From contig NC_086100.1 in NCBI RefSeq assembly GCF_963921235.1, forward strand, positions 202,122,001-202,186,000: DNA of 64,000 nt. Reading direction: 5' to 3'. Below the pieces are notes generated by a model, which made no database searches, was not told the DNA's origin, and saw only the letters and a list, made by a program, of their open reading frames with translations. Position 1 is the first letter of the stretch; the number at the start of each line of letters is the position of its first letter. Shown here piece by piece: positions 25,153-39,400 of the stretch. A program made the translations under genes and the position numbers. The DNA is from Mobula hypostoma (lineage: Eukaryota).

Positions 25153-26160
25153 GGGATGCTTGGGAGACTTCCAGCCCTGACGACCACATCTATGCCAGGT
25201 GCATTGAGTGCAGCTCCTTAGAGACGGAGTTAGGGAACTGGAGCTGCAGCTCGATGACCCACAGCTTGTAGGGAGAGTGAGGCAGTGATAGACAGGTAGT
25301 CACCCCGGGGCCACAGGAGACAGATAAGTGGGTGACTGCCAGGAGAGGGAAGGGAGGGTGTCAGGTAGTGGAGAGCACCCCCGTGTCCGTCCTCCTTAAC
25401 AATAAGTACTCCATTTTAAGTGCTGTTGGAAGGGATTACCTACCTGGGGGAAGCAACAGTGGCTGTGGCTCTGGCACTGAGTCTGGTCCTGTGGCTCAGA
25501 AGGGTAGGAAACTGAAAAGGATGGCAGCAGCAATTGGAGAATCTATAACTGGGGGACAGATAGGCGATTCTGTGGGCACAAGAAAGAAACACGGATGATA
25601 GTTTGATCCCAGGTGCCAGGGTCAGAGATGTTTCTGGATGTATTCGCAATAACCTGAAAAGAGAGACGGAGTAGCCAGAAGTCGTGGTACATATTGGTAC
25701 CAACGCTCCACAGGTAAAAAAATAGAAGAGGTCTATTCTATTCTAATGACCTGGATGAAAGCAGAAAACAGGGAGTTGTGAAGGTAGCTGAGAAGCAGGA
25801 CTTCAAGGGTGGTCATCTCGGGATTGTGCCATGTGACAGTGAGTATAGGAATAGAGTGTGATGGAAGATAAATACGTGGCTGAGGGATTGGAGCGGGGGC
25901 AGGGATTCAGATTTTTCCATCGTTGGGACCCCGTCTGGGACAGGTGTGACCTGTACAGAAAGGACAGGTTGCACTAGAATCCGAGGGGGACCAATATCCT
26001 GGCAGGAAAGATTGCTACAGCTACTGGGGAGAGTTTAAACTAGATTTGCAGGGGGATGGGAACCGAAGTGAAGAGGCAGAGGATGGGGACGTTGGAGCAC
26101 AAGTAGAGATAGCTTGTAGGGAGTTTGTGAGGAAGGATAGGCAGATGTTAAGAGCAAAAA
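25153..26160 (+). mobile_element. Degenerate CR1 5' part (esterase ORF1)
   Basis: Homologous to 4940-5830 in reverse complement: RELELQLDD, VVHIGTN, LHxNPRGTNILAG. Confidence 0.85.
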
Positions 26161-26169
26161 CACACTCAG

Positions 26170-28245
26170 ATTTGGGAAACGTGATCAGGGTGGGGGAAAT
26201 AGGATGCTATTAGGCAAGAACTTGGGAGCAAATGCTCTCAGGAAATGCATGGCAGAAATGTTTTAGGGAAGACTTGCATGGCGTTCTGCATAGGTATGTT
26301 CCATTGAGACAGGGAAAGGATGGTAGGGTAAAAGAACCATGGCGTACAAAGGATGTGGAAAATCTAGTTAAGAAGAAAAGCTTATGAAAGGTTCAAGAAA
26401 CTAGGTACTGATAGGTTTCTAGAAGATTACAAGGCTGCCAGGAAGGAGCTGAAGAATGAAATTAGGAGAGTGAGAGGGGGCCATGAGAAGGCCTTGGCAA
26501 TCAAGATTAAGGAAAACCCCTAGCATGTGAAGAGCAATAGGATGAACCGTGTGAGAATAGGACCAATCAGGAATGATATTGAAAATATGCATGGAGTTGG
26601 AGGAGGTAGCGGAGGTACTTAATGAATACATTGCTTCAGTATTCACCAGGGAAAAGGACCTTGGCAATTGTGGGGATGAGTTACAGTGGACTGAAACGTT
26701 TGAGCATACAGACATTAAGAAAGAAGATGTGCTGGAGCTTTTGAAAAGCATTAAGTTAGATAAGTCGACAAGACTGGATGAAATATACCCCAGGCTACTG
26801 TGGGAAGCGGGGAAGGAGATTGCTGAGCCTCTGGCGATGATCATCAATAGGGACGGGAGAAGTACCAGAGGATTGGAGGGTTGCAAAAGTTGTTCCCTTG
26901 TTCAAGAAAGGGAGTAGAGATAACCCAGGAAATTATAGACCAGTGAGTGGTGGGCAAGTTGTTGGAGAATATCCTGAGATGCAGGATTTATGAACATTTG
27001 GAGAGACATAATCTGTTTAGGATAGTCAGAGTGGCTTTGTCAAGGGCCAATCATGCCTTACAAACCTGGTTGAATTATTTGAGGATGTAACAAAACACAT
27101 TGATGAAGGTAGAGCAGTGGATGTAGTGTATATGGATTTCAGCAAGGCATCTGATAAGGTTCCCTGTGCAAGGCTCATTCAGAAAGTAATGAGGCATGGG
27201 ACCCAAGGAGACCATGCTTTGTGGATCCAGAATTGGCTTGCCCACAGAAGGCAAAGGGTGGTTGTTATGTTCATATTCTGCATGGAGGTCAGTGACCAGT
27301 GGTGTTCTGCAGGGATCTGTTCTGGGACCCCTCCTCTTTGTGATTTTTATAAATGACCTGGATGAAGAAGTAGAAGGGTGGGTTAGTAAGTTTGCTGATG
27401 ACACAAAGGTTGGGGGTGTTGTGGATAGTCTGGAGGGTTGTCAGAGGTTACAGTGGGACATCAATAGGATGAAGGACTGGGCTGAGAAGTGGCAGATGGA
27501 CTTCAACTAGGTAAGTGCGAAGTGGTTCATTTTGGTAGGTCCAATTTGAAGGCAGAATATAATATAAATTGTAAGACTCTTGGCAGTGTGGAGGATCTGA
27601 GAGATCTTGGGGTCGTGTCGATAGGACACTCAAAGCTGCTGCGCAGGTTGACAGTGTTGTTAAGAAGGTGTATGGTGTGTTGGCCTTCATCAACCGTGGG
27701 ATTGAGTTCAAGAGCCGTGAGGTAATGTTACAGCTATATAGGACCTTGATCAGATCCCACTGCAAGAAGGAAGTGGATACTATAGAGAGAGTGCAGAGGA
27801 GATTTACAAGGATGTTGCCTGGATTGGAGAGTGTGCTTTATGAAAATAGGTTGAGTGAATTTGGCCTTTTCTCCGTGGAGCGATGGAGGACAAGAGATGT
27901 ACTGATAGAGGTGTATAAAATGATGAGAGGCATTGATTGTGTGGATCGTCAGAGGCTTTTTTCCCAGGGCTGAAATAGCTAACACAAGGGGGCACAGTTT
28001 TAAGGTATTTTGAAGTAGGTACAGAGGGGATGTCAGGGGTAAGTTTTTCACAGAAAGTGGTGAGTGCGTGGAATGGGCTGCCAGCGACAGTGGTGGAGGT
28101 GGATACGATAGGGTCTTTAAAGAGACTCTTATATAGGTATGTGGAGCTTAGAAAAAGCAGTAGGGAATTTCTAGGCAGTTTCTAGAGTAGGTTACATGGT
28201 TGGCACAGCATTGTGGGCTGAAGGGCCTGTAATATGCTGGAGATT
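26170..28245 (+). mobile_element. Degenerate CR1 ORF2 and 3' UTR
   Basis: YMDFSKA, GSVLGPLLFVIFINDLD, KFADD, QRRFTRMLPG. Confidence 0.9.
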
Positions 28246-28337
28246 TCAGTGATGTGTTCTCCTAGTGGGTGGGTGGAGATGCTGTTGTCTCTGTCTGTTG
28301 AGCAGTCAGTATGTCTTCAGCAACCATCTGTCTCCCT

Positions 28338-31300
28338 TAGACCATAAGATATAGGAGCAGAAGTAGACCATTTGGCCCATCGAGTCTGCTGCACCATTCA
28401 ATCATGGGCTGATCCAATTCTTCCAGTCATCCCCACTCCCCTGCTTTCACCCCGTGCCCTTTGATGCCCTGGCTAATCAAGAACCTATCTATCTCTGCCT
28501 TAAATACACCCAATGACTTGGTCTCCACAGCCACTCGTGGCAACAAATTCCATAGATTTACCACCCTCTGACTAAAGTAATTTCTCCGCATCTCAGTTCT
28601 AAAAGGACGTCCTTCAATCCTGAAGTTGTGCCCTCTTGTCCTAGACTCCCCTACCATGGGAAATAACTTTTCCATATCTAATCTGTTCAGGCCTTTTAAC
28701 ATTTGGAATGTTTCCATGAGATCCCCCCTCATTCTCCTGAACTCCAGGGAATACAGCCCAAGAGCTGCCAGACGTTCCTCATACGGTAACCCTCTCATTC
28801 CTGGAATCATTCCTGTGAATCTTCTCTGAATCCTCACTAATGTCAGTATATCCCTTCTAAAATAAGGAGCCCAAAACTGCACACAATACTCCAAGTGTGG
28901 TCTCACGAGTGCCTTATAGAGCCTCAACATCACATCCCTGCTCTTATATTCTGTATCTCTAGAAATGAATGCCAACATTGCATTCACCTTCTTCACAACC
29001 GACTCAACCTGGAGGTTAACTTTTAGGGTATCTTGCACAAGGATTCCCAAGTCCCTTTGCACCTCTGCATTTTGAATTCTCTCCCCATCTAAATAATAGT
29101 CTGCCTGTTTATTTCTTCCCACCAAAGTGCATGACCATACACTTTCCAACATTGTATTTCATTTGCCACTTCTTTGCCCATTCTCCTAAACTATCTAAGT
29201 CTCTCTGCAGGCTCTCTGTTTCCTCAACACTACCCGCTCCTCCACCTAGCTTTGTATCATCGGCAGATTTTGGCCACAAATCCATTAATACTGTAGTCCA
29301 AATCATTGACATACATTGTAAGAAGCAGCGGTCCCAACACTGACCCCTGTGGAACTCCACTAGTAACCGGCAGCCACCCAGAATAGGATCCCTTTATTCT
29401 CACTCTCTGTTTTCTGCTGATCAGCCAATGCTCCACTCATGCTAGTAACTTCCCTGTAACTCCATGGGATCTTAGCTTGCTAAGCAGCCTCTTGCAGCAC
29501 CTTGTCAAAGGCCTTTTGAAAATCCAAGTACACCACATCCACTGCATCTCCTTTGTCTACCCTGCTTGTAATTTCCTCAAAGAATTGCAGTAGGTTAGTC
29601 AGGCAGGATTTTCCTTTCAGGAAACCATGCTGGCTTTGGCCTATCTTGTCAGGTGCCTCCAGGTATTCCATAATCTCATCCCTAACAATCGATTCCAACA
29701 ACTTCCCAACCACTGATGTCAGACTAACAGGTCTACAGTTTCCTTTCTGCTGCCTCCCACCCTTCTTAAATAGTGGAGAAAAATTTGCAATTTTCCAGTC
29801 ATCCGGTACAATGCCAGAATATATCGATTCTTGAAAGGTCATTGTTAATGCTTCCGCAGTCTCTCCAGCTACTTCCTTCAGAACCCGAGGGTGCATTCCA
29901 TCAGGTCCAGGAGATTTATCCACCCTCAGACCATTAAGCTTCCTGAGCACCTTCTCAGTTGTAATTTTCACTGCACAAACTTCTCTTCCCTATCACTCTT
30001 GAATGTCTGGTATACTGCAGACGTCTTCCACTGTGAAGACTGATGCAAAATACGCATTCAGTTCCTCTGCCATCCCTGCATCTCTCATTACAATATCTCC
30101 AGCGTCATTTTCTATTGGTTCTATATCTACCCTCGACTCTCTTTTACCCTTTATATTCTTGAAAAAGCTTTTAATATCTTCTTTGATATTAGTCACTGGC
30201 TTCCTCTCATAATTTATCTTTTCCTTCCAAATGACCTTAGTTTCCTTTTACAAGTTTTTAAAAGTTTCCCAATCCTCTGTCTTCCCACTTGCTTTGGCTT
30301 CCTTGTATGCCCTCTCTTTTGCTTTTTACTTTGGCTCTGACTTCACTTGTCAGCCACGGTTATGTCCTTCTTCCCTTTGAAAATGTCTTCTTATTTGGAA
30401 TATATCTGTCTTGCATTTCCCTCATTTTTTCGCAGAAACTCCAGCCATTGCTGCTCTGCTGTCCTTCCTGAAAATGTCCCTTTCCAGTCAATTTCGGCCA
30501 GTTCCCCTCTCATGCCATTGTCATTTCCTTTATTCCACTGAAGTAGCGACACATTGGAATTTAGTTTCTCTTTCTCAAATTTCAAAATGAACTCAGTCCT
30601 ATTGTGATCACTGTTCCTGAAGGGTTCCTTAATCTTAAACTCTATTATCACCTCAGGATCATTGTGCAACACCCAATCCAGCACAGTCAATCCCTGACAT
30701 GAGGAATTCTGCAGATGCTGGAAATTTAAGCAACACACATCAAAGTTGCTGGTGAACGCAGCAGGCCAGGCAGCATCTCTAGGAAGAGGTACAATGACAA
30801 AGGGTCTCGGCCCGAAACGTCGACTGTACCTCTTCCTAGAGATGCTGCGTTCACCAGCAACTTTGATGTGTGTTGCAGCCAATCCCTGAGTGGGTTTAAC
30901 ACCAAGCTGTTCTAAAAAGCCAACCCTTAGACATTCTACAAATTCTCTCTCTTGACGTCCAGTACTGGCCTGGTTTTCCCAATCCACTTTCATGTTAAAA
31001 TCCCCAACGATTACCATGACATTGCCCTTCTGATGTGCCTTTTCTTTTTCCTGCTGGAATTTGTAATCCACATCCCAGCTGCTGTTTGGAGGCCTGTATA
31101 CAACTGCCATTAGGGTCCTTTTACCCTTGCCATTTTTTAACTCAACCCATAGAGACTCTACACCTTCTGATCCTATGTCATCCCTTTCAAATGATTTAAT
31201 ATTATTTCTTATACACATAGCCACACCAGCCTACTAACCTATCTTTCCAATATACTGTATGTCCTTGGAGGTTCAGCTCCCAATGGCAGCCATCTTTTAG

Positions 31301-32335
31301 CAAAGTTTCAGAGATGGCCACAACATCATATTTGCCAATCTGTAGCTGAATTTCAAGATCGTCCATTTTATTTCTTATGCTGCGTGCATTCAAATACAAC
31401 CTTTTCAGTCCAGTATTTGTTGTTTTCTGTTTTAACTGCACCACACCTCTATTGCCCTGTAACTCATCCCACTGGCTGTGATTAATCCTCATCTCCTGCC
31501 TGTTCTTTCTATCATCTTTGTTGCATGCTATCTTTGATTTATTTCTGTTTTCCCCTTCCTCAGCCCTATCACTCTGGTTCCCATCCCCCAGCCAAATTAG
31601 TTTAAACCCTCCCTAACAGCTCTATTAAACCTGCCTGCTAGGATATTGGACCCTTTGGGTTCTGGAGTCACCCGTCCTTTTTGTACAGGTTGTACCTCCC
31701 CCAGAAGAGGCCCCAATGATCCAGGAACCGGAACCCCTGCCCCCTACACCAGTCTCTCAGTCACACAATAATATGGCTGATCGTAGTATTCTTGTACTCG
31801 TTAGCACGTGGCACAGGCAGCAATCCTGAGATTACTACCCTAGAGGTCCTGCTTTTCAGCTTCTTACCAAACTGCCCGAATTCTCTCTTCAGGGCCTCCT
31901 CCCTTTTTCTACCTATGCCATTGGTACCAACGTGTATCAGGACTTCTGGCTGTTCACCCTCTCCCTTCAGAATACTCTGCACCTGATCTGAGACAACCCG
32001 TACCCTGGTACCTGGGAGGCAAGACACCATGTGGGTATCTCAATCAGGCTGACAGAACCTCCTGTCTGTTCCCTCCACTATGGAATCCCCTATGACTACT
32101 TCTACTCATCTTCCTCTTTCCCTTCTGCACCATGGAACCAGGCTCAGAGTCAGGGACCTGATCGCTGTGGTTGTCCTCTGTCAGGTCGCCCCCCCCTCAA
32201 CAGCATCCAAAACGGGATAACAACTACTGAGGGGGATGGCCACAGGGGTGCTCTCTACTATCTGAGCTCTTTCCCTCGCTTCCCTGACCATCACCCACTC
32301 CTGCAGCCCAGGGGTGACGAATTCCCTGTAGCTCC
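28338..32335 (-). mobile_element. Near full-length degenerate CR1 (ORF1 about 31600-32330, APE about 30400-31400, RT 28427-29971)
   Basis: CLPG..HVGTN (ORF1); YLNARSI, VGDFN, SDHN (APE); YLDFQKAFD, SADD (RT); (TCTTATG)-type tail. Confidence 0.9.
30698..30875. mobile_element. 178-bp fold-back Penelope-pLTR derivative with a 14-bp TSD
   Basis: CAGTCAATCCCTGA 30684-30697 and CAGCCAATCCCTGA 30876-30889; inverted arms flank a truncated hammerhead (GGGT CTCG GCCC GAAAC GTC). Confidence 0.8.
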
Positions 32336-35300
32336 TCTTGTGTCTGCTCAGCATGGAGCTTCTGTTTGCTCTCTCCATCTTCCCTTTCAGCCAGATAGTG
32401 TTCCAGATTTTCAAATTCCACTGGCTAATGTTTGTCAGGTAATGCTGACAGTTTCTTTCTCCACACTTGCTGAGTGTTTCCAGTATTTGCTTTCATACTC
32501 TCTCTGACATTATTCAGTGTAACATTCAATATTCCTGCCAAGGCCACCCACTGCATTCTCAACAATGAATTAAATTGTATTTTTCTGAAAATGTGCTCAC
32601 ACATCTGCATCAGGAGCTTGACCCTGGAGTCTGCACCTTTGTTTCATAAAACCGTTGTAAACTCAATTCCCAAGTTCAAAGTTCAATATTCAAAGTAAAT
32701 TTATTATCAAAATATGTATATGTCACCATATACAATCCTGAGATTCATTTTCTTGTGGGCATACTCGGAACTTGAGGGACAACTATTTTACAGGAAGGGT
32801 GGTATCTCTGTGTAACAGAGGAAGTGTAAGAGGCAGGTACAATAACAACTTCTAAAAGGCACTTTTGGACAGATATGTGGATTGGAACGGTTTAAGAATC
32901 AGTGTTCCCAACATTTTTTATGCTATGTACCCTCACCATTAAAGAAGTGGTCCGTGAACTAGGGGTTGGTATTGGAAACCCCTGGTTTATAAGATTATGG
33001 GCCGTACAGAGGCAAATGGGACTATTGTGGATGGGAATTTTGTTCAGTATGAAGCTGTTGGACCGAAGGGTGTGTTCTGTTCCTGTGCTGTACACTGTAC
33101 ATCTCTTTCCACCCCCCCCCCGTAGACCCTCCCGCATTACTTACCAATTATCTATAGCTGTCTTTAAAATATTTTTACATGCTGATTCTACTGTCTTTAG
33201 CCTAGAACCTCTCGTTCCAGTCTCACCCAACTTCAGAGGAAAAAACCTACTTGCAAAAACCCTATCTATACCCTTCATAATTTTGCATACCTCTATCAAA
33301 TCTCCCTTCAATTTCCTACACTTGAGGGAATAACGCCCTTTCCTTATTACTCAGGTCCTTAAGCCTTGACAATATCCTTGTAAATTTTCTCTGTGCTCTT
33401 TCAGCCTTACTAATTTATTGCCTTGCGAAGGTGGCCCTGGCGAGACACAGTGACACTTTGCAGACAGCTACCAGAACTACAAACAATTCTACTAATTATA
33501 CTTTCTCAGAACTAGGGTAACTGCAATCGGCAGCCTGTAATCTCACGCTGGGGTGTGCGCTTTTGAGCCATCCGTATGACCTGGCAATCTGAACTCTTGA
33601 GAATGCAGGTACGGCCATTACTACATCGGACATGGGCCAGACTGAAGTGGTGGGACCCAGAACCTGTGCCCAAGAGCAAGTAATGAATCAATGTTTGGCC
33701 GATTTAAACGCTGAGCCAGATTTAAAAGATTAAGGCATCGAGGCTGAGGGCAAAAGATGAAGGACTAACCAGAGTTCAGCTAACTATTCCAGGAGGCTTT
33801 AGTCACCTCAGCACAGAACTTGTCTCCGTGGCCATGGCTGTGGCTTGCAGCCACCCGGCACAGAACCTGTCACGGGGACTCTGCGGTTCATGTTCTGTGG
33901 ATTGTTTGTTCCCTTATTTTATTGTTTACACAATCTGCTCTTTCTTTTTTGCACATTGAATGTATGTCTTAGTGGCGCGGGTCTGTTGTGTTTGTTTTGT
34001 GGCTGCAAGCAGGAAGATGAATCTCAAGCTTGTATATGGTCTACATACTTAGATAATAAATGTACTTTGATATATTGTAGGTAGGTGACCAAAACTGCAC
34101 ACAATACCCAGCTCTTGTCTGCATTAAATTCCATCTGCCATTTTGCAGCCCATTTTTCCAGCTGATGCAAATCTCTCTGCAAGCCATGATAGTCTTCCTC
34201 ACTGTCCACTGCATCCGCAATCTTGGCGTCTTCCACAAATTTGCTGATCCAGTTAACCACATTATCATCCAGATCATTGATATAGATGACAGACAATAAT
34301 GGATCCAGCACCAGTCGCCGTGGAACACCACTAGTCACAGACCACAACAAACAGCAGAGTTCAGAAATTACTAGATTCTAGAATGGTTCCAGAGGACTGG
34401 AAAATTCAAATATACAAAATATATTTACCATATATAATTCAGATGTATAAAGTGTAAAAGAGAGCGGGGGTGTGGATTACAAATTACAGGAGGAGATAGA
34501 AAAGGCGTGTCAGAAAGGCAATGTCATGATAATCGTTGGGGATTTTAACATGAAAGTGGATTGGGAAAACCAGGTCAGTATTGGACCTCAAGAGAGGGAA
34601 TTTGTGGAATGTCTAAGGGATAGCTTTTTAGAACAGCTCATTGTTGAGCCCACTAGGGGATCGGCTGTGCTGGATTGGGTGTTGTGCAATGATCCGGAGG
34701 TGATAAGAGAGCTTAAGGTTAAGGAACCCTTAGGGAACAGTGATCACAATATGATCGAGTTCACTTTCAAATTTGAGAAGCAGAAACTAAATTCCAATGT
34801 GTCGGTATTTCAGTGGAATAAAGGAAATTAAATGGCATAAGAGGGGAACTGGCCAAGGTTGACTGGAAAGGGACACTAGCAGGAAGGACAGCAGAGTAGC
34901 AATGGCTGGCGTTTCTATGAAAAATGAGGGAAGTGCAAGACAGATATATTCCAAATAAGAAGAAATTATCGAATCAAAGAAGGACACTACCATGGCTGAC
35001 AAGTGAAGTCAGAGCCAAAGTAAAAGCAAAAGAGAGGGCATACAAGGAAACCAGAGCTAGTGGGAAGATAGAGGATTGAGAAGCTTTTAAAAACTTGCAG
35101 AAGGAAACTAAGAAGGTTATTAGGAAGGAAAAGGTGGATTATGAAAGGAAGCTGGCGACTAATATCAAAGAAGATAGTAAAAGCTTTCTGAAGTATATAA
35201 AGGGTAAAAAAGAGTTGAGGGTAGATAAAGGACCAATAGAAAATGATGCTGAAGTTATTGTAATGAGAGGTGCAGAGATGGCAGAAGAACAGAATGTGTA

Positions 35301-35560
35301 TTTTGCATCAGTCTTCACAGTGGAAGACACCTGCAGTATACCGGACATTCAAGAGTGTCAGGAAAGTGAAGTATGTGCAGTGAAAATTATGACTGAGAAG
35401 GTGCTCAGGAAGCTTAATAAATCTTCTGGATCTGATGGAATGCACCCTCGGGTTCTGAAGGAAGTAGCTGGAAAGATTGCAGAGGCATTGACAATGATCT
35501 TTCAAGAATTGATAGATTCTGGCATTGTACCGGATGACTGGAAAATTGCAAATGTTATAC

Positions 35561-36367
35561 TGTCATGTACCCCGTGATGGGTTAAAGAACCAGCAGAAAT
35601 GGAAAACACTTTGGAGTCCAGTATTGCTACGAAGTAATGATATTTATTAGTAACCACGCAATACAGTAATATAAATGCAGATAAATCAAACAGGTTAGCA
35701 ATGATTATACGTAAGCAAGTGTGGAAATATATGAAAACGAAGCTTTTTCAAGTGTAGGGGTAAATAGATAGTCTTACGATGATGAGTAAAGTTCAGTTCA
35801 GTTTGTGGTGTTGAGTTGAGTAGTGATGGAGAGAGAGAGGGAGGGAGAGATTTGAGTCTTCAGGTGAGCTGACACTGTCGATCTTCTTGTTGTCCTCCAA
35901 AATCCTTTAGAAGTCACCAACCGTGACCACAACAAAGGGGACCGTTCTTCTGTGGTAGAGCTATCAACCCAGGCGAGGGTTGGACACACAAATAACTCCT
36001 TGCTGGTCAACCTTCTCCACACTGCGAGAGCCATTGATTGATTGTCCAAAACCCACTTTTCTGTGGGCACAACAAAGCTCATTCAGTGTCGAAAATCATG
36101 TGTCTCAGGTCTATCATCTGACCTTCTATTTATCTCCCCGTGCTGTGTACCAACTGTCTCTCAAATAGCTCCTCCTTTCTCTCCCTGTGTAAGAATGTAC
36201 AAGCAGGCAATATCCTTGGGAAAGTATAAACAAACTGTGAGCAGTCCTCGTCTCTCTCTCTCTTTTATACTTGATGTTCATGTTAAATAACTCTCTCTCT
36301 TTTCAAAAGCACACTTCATAGGGGTAATTGAGCACAGTTTATAGGGGTAATTCAGGACCCCATCACA
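35561..36367 (-). repeat. 3' LTR (807 bp)
   Basis: TGTCATG...CATCACA; direct repeat of 41054-41862; minus-strand PPT GAAGGAAGTGGGG at 36368-36380. Confidence 0.93.
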
Positions 36368-36479
36368 CCCCACTTCCTTCAGAAAAAAAATTCGATGAAG
36401 GTGAAATTTTTGGTTTAACTGGAAATTTCAGAGTTTGAAAAATACATATATAGTCATCAGATGACAGAGCAAAACAAGT

Positions 36480-39400
36480 ACAATTTCCAACATCTGGATA
36501 AACAATCAGCTATAATATTGTCAGTACCTTTCACATGTTTGATTTTTAAGTCATACTTTTGCAATATCAGACTTCAGTTTAATGACCTTCTATTCTTATC
36601 CTTCATCTTAGTTAGAAACACCAACAGATTATGATCCGTGTAAACCACAAGTGGTCAATGGGCAGGAAAAATATAGATTTCAAAATGTTGTAAGGCCAGA
36701 ATAAGTGCTAACCATTTCTTTTCAACAGTTGAATAATTTTTCTGGTGCACGTTAAATTTCTTTGAGAAATAAGCTACTGGATGTTCAATGTCATCCACTC
36801 CTTCCTGTAACAGTACTGCCCCAGCAGCTTCGTCACTAACACCGGTTGTTATAGAAAATGGCTTTGAAAAATCAAGTGCTTTGACCACAGGATGATAACA
36901 CAGGATGGTTTTCAGGCATTCAAATGCCTCCTGGCAAAAATCACTCCATATAAATATTTCACTCTTCCCTACAAGTTTTGTTAGAGGGAGAGCGATGTCA
37001 GCAAAGTTCTTACAAAACTTATGATGATACCCAACCATTCCCAAAAATCTTCTTAAAGCTTTCTTGCCGGTCGGAATAGGAACCTCAGCAGCAGCTTGAA
37101 CCTTGAACTCTACAGGAGCCAGTTGGCCCTGGCCTACCACATAGCCCAGATATGTAACGGTGGCATGGCCAAGCTCACTTTTAGTAAGATTGGCCTTGGA
37201 AAATCTGTCAAACAGTTTTGCTACAGCTGCAATATGCGATTCCCACGTGTCATTCTAGCCTACTAAATCATCGATATAAGCCCCTGTGTTTTCTAGACCT
37301 CTAGTCACAGAATTGACCATTCTTTGAAATGTCCCTGGCGCATTTTTCATCCCGAAGGGAAAACATTATATTCATACAGCCCCGAAGGTGTGACGAACAC
37401 TGAGATCTCTCTGGCCCTGTCGGTCAAAGGAACACACCAATATCCTTTTAACAAATCAATCTTTGTGAGGTACTTAACCTTTCCCACTTTATCAATACAG
37501 TCATCGGCTCTCGGGATAGGATAAGCATCTGACTTGGTTATTGCATTAATTTTCCTGTGGTCAGTACAGAACCTCATGCTACCGTCTGGTTTTGGGACAA
37601 GGACACGGCGACTCCCAGTCTGAGGTAGATTGTCTAATGGTACCGGTTGCTAGCGTGTAGCTAATTTCTTTTTCAACCCCTTTGCTTTTCTCAAAGTTCA
37701 TTCTGTAAGGATGCTGTTTAATGGGCTGGGTTGAATTTATAATGACGTCATGCACTGCACCTGTGCACCATCTTGGAATGTCAGGAAACAAATCTTTATG
37801 CTTGCTAATTAGTTCCTGCAATTGCTCTCTCTGTGCAGGCTCTAGATGACAAACCTCATCAGTAAGGTCTTTTAAAATAGTGGAATTCTCAAGTCCTGTT
37901 GATACAATATTCAGTTTGGGAAAATGATTTTGCCCCTCATTATCAAATTCCTCAGCCCCATTTGTTTTCATAACAGTACTTACTGGTACTGTCTCAGGAT
38001 CATAATAGGGCTTCAGCATATTTACGTGTGCCGGCTGGGTCGCCTTCCTTCTGTCGGGAGTTTCGATAACATAATTCAAAGAATCAATTTTCTTAATTAT
38101 GTGGTATGGTCCATGGAATTGTGCTTGGAGGGAGGGGGTTGGTCACAAGAGGGAATAGCACCAGCACTTTATTTCCAACCTCAAACACCTGCCCCCTCAC
38201 TCTCTTAATGTTTCATTTTAATTTGGAAGTTTTTCAGATTCTTCTTGGCAAGGTCACAAGCCTCGTTAAGTCTTTCACGGAATTTTAAAATATAGTCTAA
38301 CACACTGACACACCCTTTTGGGTTAGACCATTGCTCTCTGAGCAGGGTCAAAGGTCCTTTGGGCCTATGGCCGAAAATGAGCTCAAACGGGCTGAACCCT
38401 AGGGACTCTTGAATGGTGTCTCTCATGGCAAAAAGTAATAAGTGTATTCCTTCATCCCAGTCCCTGTCATTCTCATAACAGTAGGTTTTAATCATGGTCT
38501 TTAAAGTGGAATGAAATCGCTCCAAAGCCCCTTGAGACTCTGGGTGGTAGGCAGATGACACAATTTGTTTAACCCCAGCTCAGAAACTATTTGCTGGAAT
38601 GTTCTTGAAGTAAAGTTACTATCCTGGTCAGATTGAATTTCTTCAGGCAAACCTACCAGTGCAAAAAACTTGCTGAGTACCTTTACCACAGTCTTGGCCT
38701 GGGTGTTTCTGAGAGGCACGGCTTCAGGGAACCTAGATGCAGCACACATAATTGTTAACAAGACCTGATGACCAGCTGCAGTCTTTGGCAACGGGCCTAC
38801 ACAATCCACTATGACCCTAGAAAAAGGTTCACCAAATGCAGGTATTGGCCGAAGTGGTGCTTTTGGGATGGCCTGATAAGTTTTCCCACTACCTGGCATG
38901 TATGACACCCTCTGCAGTAATTGACAAAGTCTTTCCTCAAGTTAGGCCAATAATATTCCCTCATAATCCTGTGCACTGTCTTCTTTACTCCAAAGAGTCC
39001 CCCTAAAGGCATCTTCGAATTTCAGCCCTGGAAACCTTTGGAACCACCACCTGATGCACAATAGCCCGATCCTCACTTGCAGGCACAGTGGTTGGTCTCC
39101 ACTTCCTCATCAACACCCCATCTTTAAGGTAATATCCCACTGTCTCTTTCTGAATTTCATCTTCAGAGAAGGCTGTCTCTTTTAAAGCCACAATTTCAGG
39201 ATCTTTATCCTGTTCCTTTATAAATTCCTTCCTTGATAAGGACAAGTATTTCCCTTCCTCCTTGTTCTCCTCAGCCTTACTACCCTCTAGATCCTGTTGG
39301 TACAGGGACGGTAGGAAAGTCTCGGATAAATCAACATTAGCATCAGCAGCCTTTTCGGACATGCTTCGTGTCACTGCGCATGCGGGATACACATCAGCAT

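Noticed and set aside
32391..32438. Apparent 48-nt plus-strand exon (AG...CAG|GTAATG)
   Set aside because: Lies between a CR1 5' end and a decayed Penelope-pLTR-like relic; no partner exons or recognisable peptide
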